Below, piece by piece: positions 53,651 through 64,000 of a stretch of 64,000 bases of DNA. Source of the stretch: Mobula hypostoma (taxonomy: Eukaryota). The position numbers and the translations under genes are program-made. A model generated the notes under the pieces. The model made no database searches. It was not told where the DNA came from and saw nothing but the letters and a program-made list of their open reading frames with translations. Where the stretch lies: positions 25,546,001 to 25,610,000 of the forward strand of contig NC_086097.1 of assembly GCF_963921235.1 (NCBI RefSeq), given 5' to 3'. How positions within the stretch are numbered: the first letter of the stretch is position 1; every line of letters begins with the position of its first letter.

Positions 53651-53989
53651 AGAAAAAAACACCAAGTATTGTGAGCAGTTTTGGACCTCTTATCTAAGAA
53701 AAAGAAGAACTGGCATTGGAGAGGGTCCAGGGGAGGTCCATGACGATGATTCCCAGAATGGAAGCGTTAACAGCTGAGGAGTGTTTGCCAGCTCTGGGCC
53801 TATATTCGCTAATGTTAAAGGCCTAGATAGAGTGGATGTGGAGAGGGTGCTTCATATAGTGGGCCACAGCCTCAGAATAGTGGGATATCCCTTTAGGACA
53901 AAGTTGAGGAGGAATTTCTTCAGCCAGAGGGTGGTGAATCTGTGGAATTCATTGCACAGATGTCAATAAAGGCGAAGTTATTGGTTATA

Positions 53990-55585
53990 CAGGTTTCCCC
54001 CGCCATCCGAAGGTAGAGAATTCCTATGAAACAGTTCGTAAGCCGAAATGTCATAAAGCAAAGTAGCAATTACCATTTATTTGTATGGGAAAATTTTGTG
54101 TGCATTCGCAGACCCAAAAATAACTTACCAAATCATGCCAAATAACACATAAAACCTAAATTAACAGTAACATATAGTAAAAGCAGGAATGATATGATAA
54201 ATACACAGCCTATATAAAGTAGAAATACTTTTCCACAATCATTACTGCACTGTTCTCTGTAGCAAAAATCTCATGCAAGCGCCGTCGGCAGAAAATCTCA
54301 CGCAAGTGCTGTTGGCAAAAACACGACGCAAGCGCTGTCCAGTAACCTTTAAGCTATGAAGCTGCCAAATCATACCAAATATCACATAAAAATACACAGC
54401 CTATATAAAGTAGAAATAATGTATGTACAGTGTAGTATCACTTACCGGAATTGGTTCAGCGACAAGCACACTGATGATGGTGTGTTAGACTGAGTCGTCG
54501 CAGGTTGGGTGGTGCAGTGGCCACCCCCCGCCCCTCCAGGCAGCCGACCGATACCGATTCGCAAAGCATGCAGGGGTGCAGCGGTAGCCAGGAGGCACAC
54601 AGCACATCTTTAAGAGAAAAGCCGAAATAAACATGCTAATTAATTAGGTGCCACCTGGCACGTAATTGTTGGCCCAGATCAGTGCCGATTTCCGATTGCG
54701 TCATCTCTGATCTGGGCCGACAATTACGTGTCGGGTGGCACCTAATTAATTAATATGTTTATTTTGGTTTTTTTCTTAAAGATGTGCTGTGTGCCTCCCG
54801 ACTACCGCTGCATTCTCCGCAAATCGGTATCTGTCCACGGCCTGGGTGTTGGGGTGGTGGGACACTGGGGTGTCATCTCATCGTCTGTTTCCATTACAGC
54901 AGGCAGCTCATCTTCTCCTGTGACTGCCCACCTCGATATCGAAGGTCAAGGTTCGTCGTCTGCTGTGGCTGATGTGGAAGGCTTGCTTGACTGCTGAGCC
55001 TCGCGCATTTTTCTATCATACAGTTCTTTGTAAGGACTCAAACCATCTTGCAAATATCCCCTAAACCATTGCAGCGAAAATCTCACGCAGTTGCTTCACG
55101 TTCAATTCGCTGCTGCATTCGGTTTCGATTGTTATCCTTTCTTCTTCCAATTGCATCAGCTCTTCATCTATCAGTTCTTGGTCATGGGATGCCAAAACCT
55201 CTTCAACATCATGTTCATCAGCTTCCACAAGCCAAACTCACTTTGTCCTTGCTTCGTTCACCATGATCGAAACGCTTAATTATGTCTAGTTTTACGCTAA
55301 GTGTAACACTCTTACGAGCTCTTTTAGGCTTTTCCAATACCATAGAACTCATCTTGCAAACGGCTGCTCACAGGCACGTGTTTAAGCAATGCTGGCTAGA
55401 ACGCAGTTCCTGGGGAGAGCGGTTGCTCGGGGCGCTGATTTTTTCACGCGCTGATTTTTTATCGCGCGCTGCTTTTTTCTCGTAACAGTAAAAACATCTT
55501 CTGAAAGCGAAAACAGGGAACTAATGCAGGTCTTCGTAACAGTGAGGTTTCGTAAAGTGAACATTCAAAAAGCGGGGGACACCTG
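53990..55585 (-). mobile_element. Internally deleted Tigger/pogo DNA transposon inserted in a CR1 3' fragment (53665-55690, plus)
   Basis: TIRs CAGGTTTCCCCCGC and GCGGGGGACACCTG with TA TSD. ATG at 55352 gives MSSMVLEKPKRARKSVTLSVKLDIIKRFDHGER (CENP-B-like N-terminus), followed closely by the acidic C-terminus DVEEVLASHDQELIDEELMQLEEE. No DDE core. Confidence 0.88.
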
Positions 55586-55694
55586 TATTTAAAGCAGAGG
55601 TTGACAACTTCTTGTTTAATAAGGGTGTCAAAGACTACATGGAGAAAGCAGGAGACTGAGGTTGAGAAGGATAATAAATTAGCCATGACAGAAA

Positions 55695-57362
55695 GAATCA
55701 GAATCAGGTTTATTATCACCGGTACACACATCAAAGTTGCTGGTGAACGCAGCAGGCCAGGCAGCATCTCTTTGGGTCTCAGCCCAAAACGTCGACTGTA
55801 CCTCTTCCTAGAGATGCTGCCTGGCCTGCTGCATTCACCAGCAACTTTGATGTGTGTTGCTTGAATTTCCAGCATCTGCAGAATTCCTCGTGTTTACGTT
55901 ATTATCAACTGCATGTAACGTGAAATTTGTTAACTTAGCAGCAGCAGTTCATTGCAATACATAATCTAGCAGAGAAAAAATAATAATAAATAAAATAGAA
56001 AAATTAATAATAAATCAATTATGTATATTGAATAGATCTTTTTTTAAAAACGTCCAAAAACAGAAATACTGTATATTTAAAAAAGTGAGGTAGTGTCCAA
56101 GATTCAACGTCCATTTAGGAATTGGATGGCAGAGGAGAAGAAGCTGTTCCTGAATTGCTGAGTGTGTGCCTTCAGGCTTCTGTATCTCCTACCTGATGGT
56201 AACAGTGAGAAAAGGGCATGGTACAACTATAGAAGTTTTTGAGTGTATTTGTTGACATACTAAATCTCTTCAAACTCCAAATGAAGTATAGTTGCTGTCT
56301 TGCCTTCTTTATAACTACATCAATATGTTCTGAGCAGGTTAGATCCTCAGAGATCTTGACACCCAGGAACTTGAAGCTGCTCACTCTCTCCACTTCTGAT
56401 CCCTCTATGAGGATTGGTATGTGCTCCTTCATCTTACCCTTCCTGAAGTCCACAATCAGCTCTTCCGTCTTACTGACATTGAGTGCCAGGTTGTTGCTGT
56501 GACACCATTCTACTAGTAGGTATATCTCACTCCTGTACGCCCTCTCATCACCACCTGAGATTCTACCAGCAATGGTTGTATCGTCAGCAAATTTATAGAT
56601 GGTATTTGAGCTATGCCTAGCCACACAGTCACATGTATATAGGGAGTAGAGCAGTGGGCTAAGCACACACTCCTGAGGTGCACCAGTGTTGATCGTCAAT
56701 GAGAGGGATATGTTATCACCATTCCACACAGATTGTGGTCTTCCAGTTAGGAAGTCGAGGATCCAGTTGCAGAGGGAGGTACAGAGGTCCAGGTTCTGCA
56801 ACTTTTCAATCAGGATTGTGGGAATGATGGTATTAAATGCTGAGCTATAATCGATGAACAGCATCCTGACGTAGGTGTTTGTGCTGTCCAGGTGGTCTAA
56901 AGCCATGTGGAGAGCTATTGAGATGGCATTTGCCGTTGACCTATTGTGACGACAGGCAAATTGCAATGGGTCCAGGTCCTTGCTGAGCCAGGAGTTCAGT
57001 CTAGTCATGACCAACCCCTCAAGGCATTTCATCACTGTCAATGTGAGTGCTATCAGGCAATAGTCATTAAGGCAGCCCACATTATTCTTCTTAGGCACTG
57101 GTATAATTGTTGCCTTTTTGAAACAAGTGGGAACTTCTGCCTGTAGCAGTGAGAGGTTAAGAATGTCCTTGTATATTCGCGCTAGTTGGTTGGCACAGGT
57201 TTTCAGAGCCTTACCAGGTACTCCATCAGGACCTTTCGCCTTGGGAGGGTTCACTCTCTTTAAAGACAGTTTAACATCGGCCTCTGAGACAGAGATCACA
57301 GGCTCATCAGGTGCAGCAGGGATCTTCACAGCTGTAGTTGTGTTTTCCCTTTCAAAGCGTGC
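55695..57362 (-). mobile_element. Rex1/Babar LINE with an open RT core and an internal 3' deletion
   Basis: ORF 56172-57476 contains KAKGPDGVP, FKKATIIPVPKK, FIDYSSAFNTI, GAPQECVLSP and KFADDTT. The ORF N-terminus runs into adjacent CR1 sequence. Confidence 0.92.
55725..55898. mobile_element. Miniature foldback Penelope-like insertion in the tail of a Rex1 element
   Basis: Inverted arms about 55724-55771 and 55810-55857. Imperfect TSD ttattatcaccggta (55710-55724) and ttattatcaactgca (55899-55913). Confidence 0.8.
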
Positions 57363-59179
57363 AGAATCGATGGGCTGAATGGCCGTTCTGCTTCCATCTC
57401 TTGTAATCCTAGGATGCATGTCCATAACACCATAAGACATAGGGGCAGAGTTATATCCAGCATTAACCCTCAGCATTATATTCTTGTTTTTATATTCTCA
57501 TCATCTCAAAATGAATACTAACATTGCATTTGTCTTCCTTTCCACCAACTCAATATGCAAATTAACTTTTAGGGAATGCTGCACAAGCATTTCCAAGACC
57601 TTTTGCACCTCTGTTTTCTTTTGAATTTTCTTCCCATTTAGAAAATAGCATACACTATTATTCATTCTACCGAAATGCATTACTGTACACTTCCTTACAC
57701 TATATCTGACACTTCTTTGCCCATTCTCCCAATCTGTTTTAGACCTTCTGCAGGCTCCCAGCTTCCTCAGCACTATCTGTCTCTCCATCTATTTTTGTAT
57801 CATCCACAAAGCCATCAATCATGTCATCCAAATCACTGATATATAATATGAAGAGAAGTGGCCTTAACACCAATACCCGTGGAACACCACTAGTTACTGC
57901 CAGCTAACCAGGGAGGGGTCCTTTATTCCCATTCTTTGGCCTCCCACCAGTCAGACAATGTTCCATCTATGCTAGTATCTTTCCTGTAATACCCATGGGC
58001 TCTTATCTTGTTAAGCAGCCTCATGTGTAGCACCTTGTTAAAGGCCTTCTGAAAATTTCAGTAAACAACACTCACTTACTCTCCTTTGTCTACTCTGCCT
58101 GTCACTTCCTCAAATAATTCCAACATATTTGTCAGACAAGATTTCCCCTTAAGGAAACCACACTGACTTTGGCCTATTTTATCATGTGTTTCCCAAGTAT
58201 CCTGATATCTCATCCTTAATAGTGGATTCCAACATCTTTCCAACCGCTGAAGTCAGGCTAACTGGCCTATGATTTCCTTTCTTCTGCCTTCCTCTCTTGT
58301 TTAAGAGTGGAGCAACATTTTCAACTTTCCAGTTTTCTGGAACCATTCCAGAATGTAGCAATTCTTGAAATATCACTACTACTGCCTCCACAATCTCTTC
58401 AGCTATCTCTTTCAGAACCCTGAGATGTACTCCATCTGATCCAGGTGCCTTATCTACATTCAGACCTTTCAGCTTCCAAAGCACCTTCTCCTTAGAAATA
58501 GCAACTATATTCACTTCTGCTCTCTGACACTCTCAAATATCTGGCATATAGCTAGTGTTTTCCCACTGTGAAGACTGACGCAAAATACTTATTAAGTTTG
58601 TCCACCATTTCTTTGTCTTCCATTACTACCTCTCCAGCATCATTTTCCAGTGGTCCGAAATACACTCACGTCTCTCTTTTACTCTTTATATATCTGAAAA
58701 AACTTTTTTGGTATCCTCCGACATTATTAGCTAGATTATCTTCATATTTCATCTTTTCTCTCCTTATGGCTTTTTTAGTTGCCTTCTGTCGGTTTTTAAA
58801 AGCCTCTCAATCATTTATCTTCCCACTAATTTTTAGAATATTATATGCCCTCTCTTTTGCTTCTATTCTGTCTTTGACTTCCCGTGTCAGACAAGATTGC
58901 AACATCCTCCCTTTAGGATACTTCTTCATCTTTGGGATGTATCTATCTTGCATCTTTCGAATTGCTCCCAGAAACTCCCGCCTTTGCTGTTTTGCCGTCA
59001 TCCCTGCTAGTGTACCCTTTCAATCAACTCTGTAATTCCCTTTACTCCAATGTAATACCAATACATTTGACTTTAGCTTTTCTCTCTCAAACTGTAGAGT
59101 GAATTAATAATTATTATTATTATTGTTATTATTAATTCATCCTTCAGTTTATTATTATTGATAATGATAAGAATTATTA

Positions 59180-59995
59180 TGGATATATTAATAATGGAAG
59201 ACATCCACACGATCTGAGCAGTCTAAATGTTGACAAGGAAGCATCAAACACCTAGCTCAGAATTGGAGATCTCTTCCCAGAAACAGAGGGACCAGGTGGC
59301 TAACACAAAAAAAATTATCAAAAATACATAATAAAAGACAAGATGATAAGTGCAGAAAATACATGGAGAAACCAGGAACAATCCAACACATTACAGGATC
59401 TTGCAGCAGTTTAACCCAATCTGAATACTTACACAAGCACAATCAAGTGGCAAACATTAATCATCAAAATCTTGCTTTAAAACACAAACTCATAAAAGGC
59501 ACCATACCTTACTATAAATACAAGCCTGGCAAGCCTGGCTCAGTTTTAGAGTCAGACTTCTACACACTTTATTACAACCAAATCATTATTACAGATAGAA
59601 CAATCCATAATAACTATCTGGATACATTACAGGATAAACAAGAAAGAACAACTTACTTAACAGATATAACCATTCCAAACACACAAAACATGCAGAAATC
59701 AATAAGTGAAAAACATCAGAAATATACTGAATTAGAAGAGGAAATTGAAAGACTGTGTAATGTGAACCGGGTATACATTGTCCCGATCGTAATAAGTACA
59801 ACTGGCATCACCCCAAATTCACTAAACAACAGCTTTGAACAATTAGGCTTTCACAGCAGTATTTATGTAAATCTCCAGAAAGCCACAATACTAAACACCA
59901 CTAGAATAGTCCAAAAGTTCCTTGCAATTGAGAAATGAGTGTGCTTGTCTATGTCTGTACCTCAGATTTTAACAGCTTGAGCTGAGAAAAATAAA
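59180..59995 (+). mobile_element. R4/Dong-clade non-LTR retrotransposon 3' fragment (CCHC knuckle and restriction-like endonuclease)
   Basis: CRK...TIQHITGSCSSL...HNQVA...TDRTIHNN(YLD)...TDITIP...KHQKYTEL...VPIVISTTG, flanked by TAA/TTA-rich tracts. Confidence 0.8.
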
Positions 59996-60000
59996 AATAC

Positions 60001-61676
60001 AATAATAACAGCCTTATTTATATAGCACCTTTTATACGTTAAGTTGTAGACTCAAAGTGCTTTACGAAGATTGTAAAGATACATCAATATAGTCATAAAG
60101 TTAAGAGCCAATATTAAATACCATAAGTAAAGACAAACATTACATTGAATAAAGTGTAATCAAATATACCAAATTTACATAAATGTAATCAACATCAACA
60201 GACATTAAATAATCCTATACATAGGCCAAATTAAAAGAGTAGGATTTAGAAATATGTTGAAACGTTCTTCAGTACTAGCCTGACGTATCTCAGACAGTAA
60301 TATATTCCAGGTTTTTGGTGCATAAGGGCAAAAGGCTGTAAACCAGTTCCTAGGTGCTTGGCTCTAAGAAAACTAAGCAAACCAGTATTCGTGGATCTAA
60401 CATTTTGATTAGTGATGTAAGAGGATAGACACTCCAATATATACGGAGGAGCTAGATTATTCAGAGTCTTATACACAATTAAGAGGATTTTAATATTGAT
60501 CCTAAAGGACAAAATTAATTTCATTAATCAGTTACAGTAAGTATACATGTATATTGAATAGATTAAAAATAGTGCAAAAACAGAAATAATATATTTTTAA
60601 TAAGTAAGGTAGTGTTCTTGGGTTTAATGTCTATTTATGAATCATAAAGCAGAGGGGAAGAAGCTGTCTCTGAATCGCTTAGTGCGTGCTTAGTGGGAGA
60701 GGAGATCCAGATGGTGAAATGTGTGGATGGAGCCAGGAGGAGGAGAGGGAGAGGAGGAGGAAAATTCACACTTTTTTTTTACGGCTACGAATAACCAAAA
60801 TTTTTGCTTTTTTTTTTCTTATTTAGTTTCAGGAAATTCAAACTCTTCAATTCTGTAATGATGGTAAGACATTAGACCAGAGAGTTTAGAGCATCAGGGT
60901 CATCTGACGTAACAGGCAAATACAGTTGTGTCATCTACATAGCTGTGGTAATTCACCACAAGATTTGAAATAATCTAACCTAATGGGAACAGATAGAGTG
61001 AGAACAACAACAGGCCAAGAACTGATCCTTGCAGCACACCACACACAATATCATGGATTTTGGTCTTACAATCACCACACCTAACAAAGAATTTTCCTCC
61101 ACTTGTACAAAATTGAAACCAGCTTAAGGCAGTACAAGAAAGACCTATCCATTGACTAAGGCAGTTTATGAGACCGTTATAATCAATGCTATCAAATGCT
61201 GCACTCAAATACAAGAGAACAGAAACTGATCAGTTACCTACATTGGCATTAAGCAACAAGTCATTAACTACTTAAGCAATGCAGTTTCTATACCATGATT
61301 TGATCTAAAATCTGATTGATACTTGCCAAGAATAGAATGCTTATTCCAGTAATCCTTTATTGTCAAACAATAGTTTTTCTAAAATTTTACCTAGAAAAGA
61401 CAGGTTGGAAATAGTTCTAAAATTGTCCAAAGCAGAGCAGTCTAGATTATTTTTCTTAAGCAGGGGCTTAACTATTGTGTTTTTTAAGGAATCTGGAAAA
61501 ATACCAGAAACTAGCAATTAATTACGTCCAATACACTGTCAAAAAGCATGCCAGAAATGCCTTTAAAAAAGCCAGTAGGAATAGGATCAAAGTCACAAGT
61601 GGTTGGTTTTAGCTGAGTAATTATTTCTCAAAGCTCAGGCAAGCTTATTTTAGTAAATGAGTTTAGTTCATGGTGT
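60001..61676 (-). mobile_element. L2-clade LINE RT fragment with an internal insertion (about 60525-60840)
   Basis: LSAAFDSID, GVLQGSVLG, YHSYVDDTQLYL and FRINIKILLIVYKTLNNLAPPY, with an L2-like 3' end (ttatttatatagcacctt). Confidence 0.85.
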
Positions 61677-63092
61677 TCTATCATATTATGATTACTGCCT
61701 CCTAAGGGTTCCTTTACCTTAAGCTCCCTAATCAAATCTAGCTCATTACCGAGCACCCAGTCCAGAATTGCCTTTTCCCCATAGACTCAGCCACAAGCTG
61801 CTCTGAAAAGCCATCTTGTAGCCATTCTTCAAATTCCCTCTCTTGAGATCCAGCACCTACCTGATTTTCCCAATCTACCTATTAAAATTCTCCATGACTG
61901 TCAAAACATTGCCCTATTTATATGCCTTTTTTATCTCACTTCGTAATTTGTACCCCAGAGGCCTGTATATAACTCTCATCAGGGTCTTTTTACCCTTGTA
62001 GTTTCTGAACTCTACCTACAAGGATTCTACATCTTCCAATTCTATGTCACCTCTTCCTAAGGATCGATTTTATTTTTTACCGATTTTATATTTTTACCAA
62101 CAGAGCCCCCCCACACCCTCTGCCTACCTGCCTGTCCTTTCAATACAAGGTGTATCCTTGGATTTTAAGCTCCCAACTATGATCTTCTTTCAGCCATGAC
62201 TCAGTAATGCTCACAATCTCTAACTGCACTACAAGGTCATCTATCTTATTCCGTATATGTGCATTCAAATATAATACCTTTAGTCCTGTGTTCATCACCC
62301 TTTTCGATTTTGCCCCCATGTTACACTTCAACTCAACCCATTGACTGCAATTTTGCCCTATCATCTGCCAGTCATTCCTATCAGACTCACAACACACTGC
62401 ATCTACTTGTATACCAACTACCCCATCCTCAGCCCTAACACACTGGTTCTCATCCCCCTGCTAAATTAGTTTAAACCCTCCCAAAATTACACCCTAAGTA
62501 TTTAGTCCTTGCTGAATCTAAAAACCATGACCTCTTAATCTCTGGATGTTCAGGGCAAGCAATGGATAGGAATTTGGTGGTGTGTTGGACTTGCTTTAAT
62601 TGGTAATGAGTAATCAGCTTGTCCTCCTTTGATGAATTCTGAAATATAGAAATTTTCTCAGTTTCCAGGTTGCTGATTTTATATTGTGGTAATGTTGTAA
62701 GGCTTTCCCTTTCATCAAGTACAATTTTATTACTTTACAGTTTCAGATAAACCTTACCTCCTCCATATGTGTGTGTCTCCTCTCTCCCTCTCGCTCTCTC
62801 TTTCTATTCTGTCCTCTTTTCCTCCCTCTCTTGCTCTTTCCAATCATTGTGCAGCACATTATTGTTTCCTTACAGACACTCTATATAGCCATCCATTACC
62901 CATTTTTGTCCGTCCCCCAACCCTTCTCCCTCATCTCCCTCCCTTCCTCCTGGCTCCATCCACACATTTCACCATCTGGATCTCCTCTCCCATCTCATTC
63001 CATCCGCCCTCCATCACTCCTCAGTAATTCCCATTATCACCTGCTTTACTAATCAGATTCCAGAACTGGATGCCTCTGTGTATCTATTTATC

Positions 63093-64000
63093 ACCATAGA
63101 ACCATAGAAATTACAGCACAGAAACAGGCCCTTTGGCCCTTCTTGGCTGTGCCGAACCATTTTCTGCCTAGTCCCACTGACCTGCACACGGACTACATCC
63201 CTCCATACACCTCCCATCCATGTATCTGTCCAATTTATTCTTAAATGTTAAAAAAGAACCCGCATTTACCACCTCGTCTGGCAGCTCATTCCATACTCCC
63301 ACCACTCTCTGTGTGAAGAAGCCCCCCCTAATGTTCCCTTTAAACTTTTCCCCCTTCACCCTTAACCCATGTCCTCTGGTTTTTTTCTCCCCTTGCCTCA
63401 GTGGAAAAAGCCTGCTTGCATTCACTCTTTCTATACCCATCATAATTTTATATACCTCTATCAAATCTCCCCTCATTCTTCTACGCTCCAGGGAATAAAG
63501 TCCTAACCTATTCAACCTTTCTCTGTAACTGAGTTTCTCAAGTCCCGGCAACATCCTTGTAAACCTTCTCTGCACTCTTTCAACCTTATTTATATCCTTC
63601 CTGTAATTTGGTGACCAAAACTGAACACAATACTCCAGATTCGGCCTCACCAATGCCTTATACAACCTCATCATAACATTCCAGCTCTTATACTCAAAAC
63701 TACGATTAATAAAGGCCAATGTACCAAAAGCTCTCTTTACGACCCTATCTACCTGTGACAACACTTTTAGGGAATTTTGTATCTGTATTCCCAGATCTCT
63801 CCGTTCCACTACACTCCTCAGTGCCTTACCATTAACCCTGTATGTTCTACGTTGGTTTGTCCTTCCAACGTGCAATACCTCACACTTGTCAGTATTAAAC
63901 TCCATCTGCCATTTTTCAGCCCATTTTTCCAGATGGTCCAAGTCCCTCTGCAGGCTCTGAAAACCTTCCTCACTGTCTACTACACCTCCAACCTTTGTAT
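63093..64000 (-). mobile_element. Young CR1 3' part; the ORF is open and runs off the window
   Basis: ORF 63168-63941 has no stops, followed by an (accataga)n tail. Confidence 0.93.

Larger units (their letters stand above)
57420..62480 (-). mobile_element. Old CR1 LINE in two parts (57420-59105 and 61677-62480), split by an L2 plus R4/Dong block
   Basis: RPVSLTSAVGKMLE, and KVLYLNAHIRNK...ITESWL. The sequence is continuous across gtgaatt|ctatcatattatg by comparison with the copy at about 12680. Confidence 0.85.

Noticed and set aside
56172..57476. 434-aa RT ORF as an intact gene or a retron/group II-type RT system
   Set aside because: It is a eukaryotic Rex1/Babar LINE fragment. Its N-terminus is read-through from neighbouring CR1 sequence and its C-terminus is deleted.
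62520..62770. Possible upstream exon (ttcag acceptor near 62640, gtaag near 62755)
   Set aside because: The sites are in the wrong order for one exon and the translations show no coiled-coil or CEP128 resemblance.

Overview
This is eukaryotic, AT-rich and extremely repeat-dense vertebrate DNA, not prokaryotic. The repeat mix (CR1, Rex1/Babar, V-SINE/HE1-like SINEs, Penelope-like elements, L1, L2, Tc1 and Tigger) suggests a cartilaginous fish such as a ray or shark; this is inference. The window lies inside a large minus-strand gene. Two phase-compatible coiled-coil exons (45693-45567 and 24659-24499, separated by a 20,907-bp intron) resemble CEP128. Almost every other ORF in the track is transposon debris or antisense noise. 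Highlights: (1) Penelope-like (GIY-YIG) insertions form foldback hairpins from about 0.2 to 1.5 kb, flanked by 14-15 bp target-site duplications (TSDs), and carry minimal hammerhead-ribozyme motifs, one of them intact on the pre-mRNA strand about 1 kb upstream of an exon. (2) A decayed class I-like endogenous retrovirus (RNase H/integrase, env, probable LTR) is split by a CR1. (3) A TSD-bounded L1 keeps its 5' end but lacks its endonuclease. (4) There is also an R4/Dong-type endonuclease fragment in a TAA tract, a Tigger derivative with a large internal palindrome, a solo LTR and a young poly(A) tRNA-SINE. Coordinates of old repeats are approximate. Family calls come from motif recognition, with no database search.
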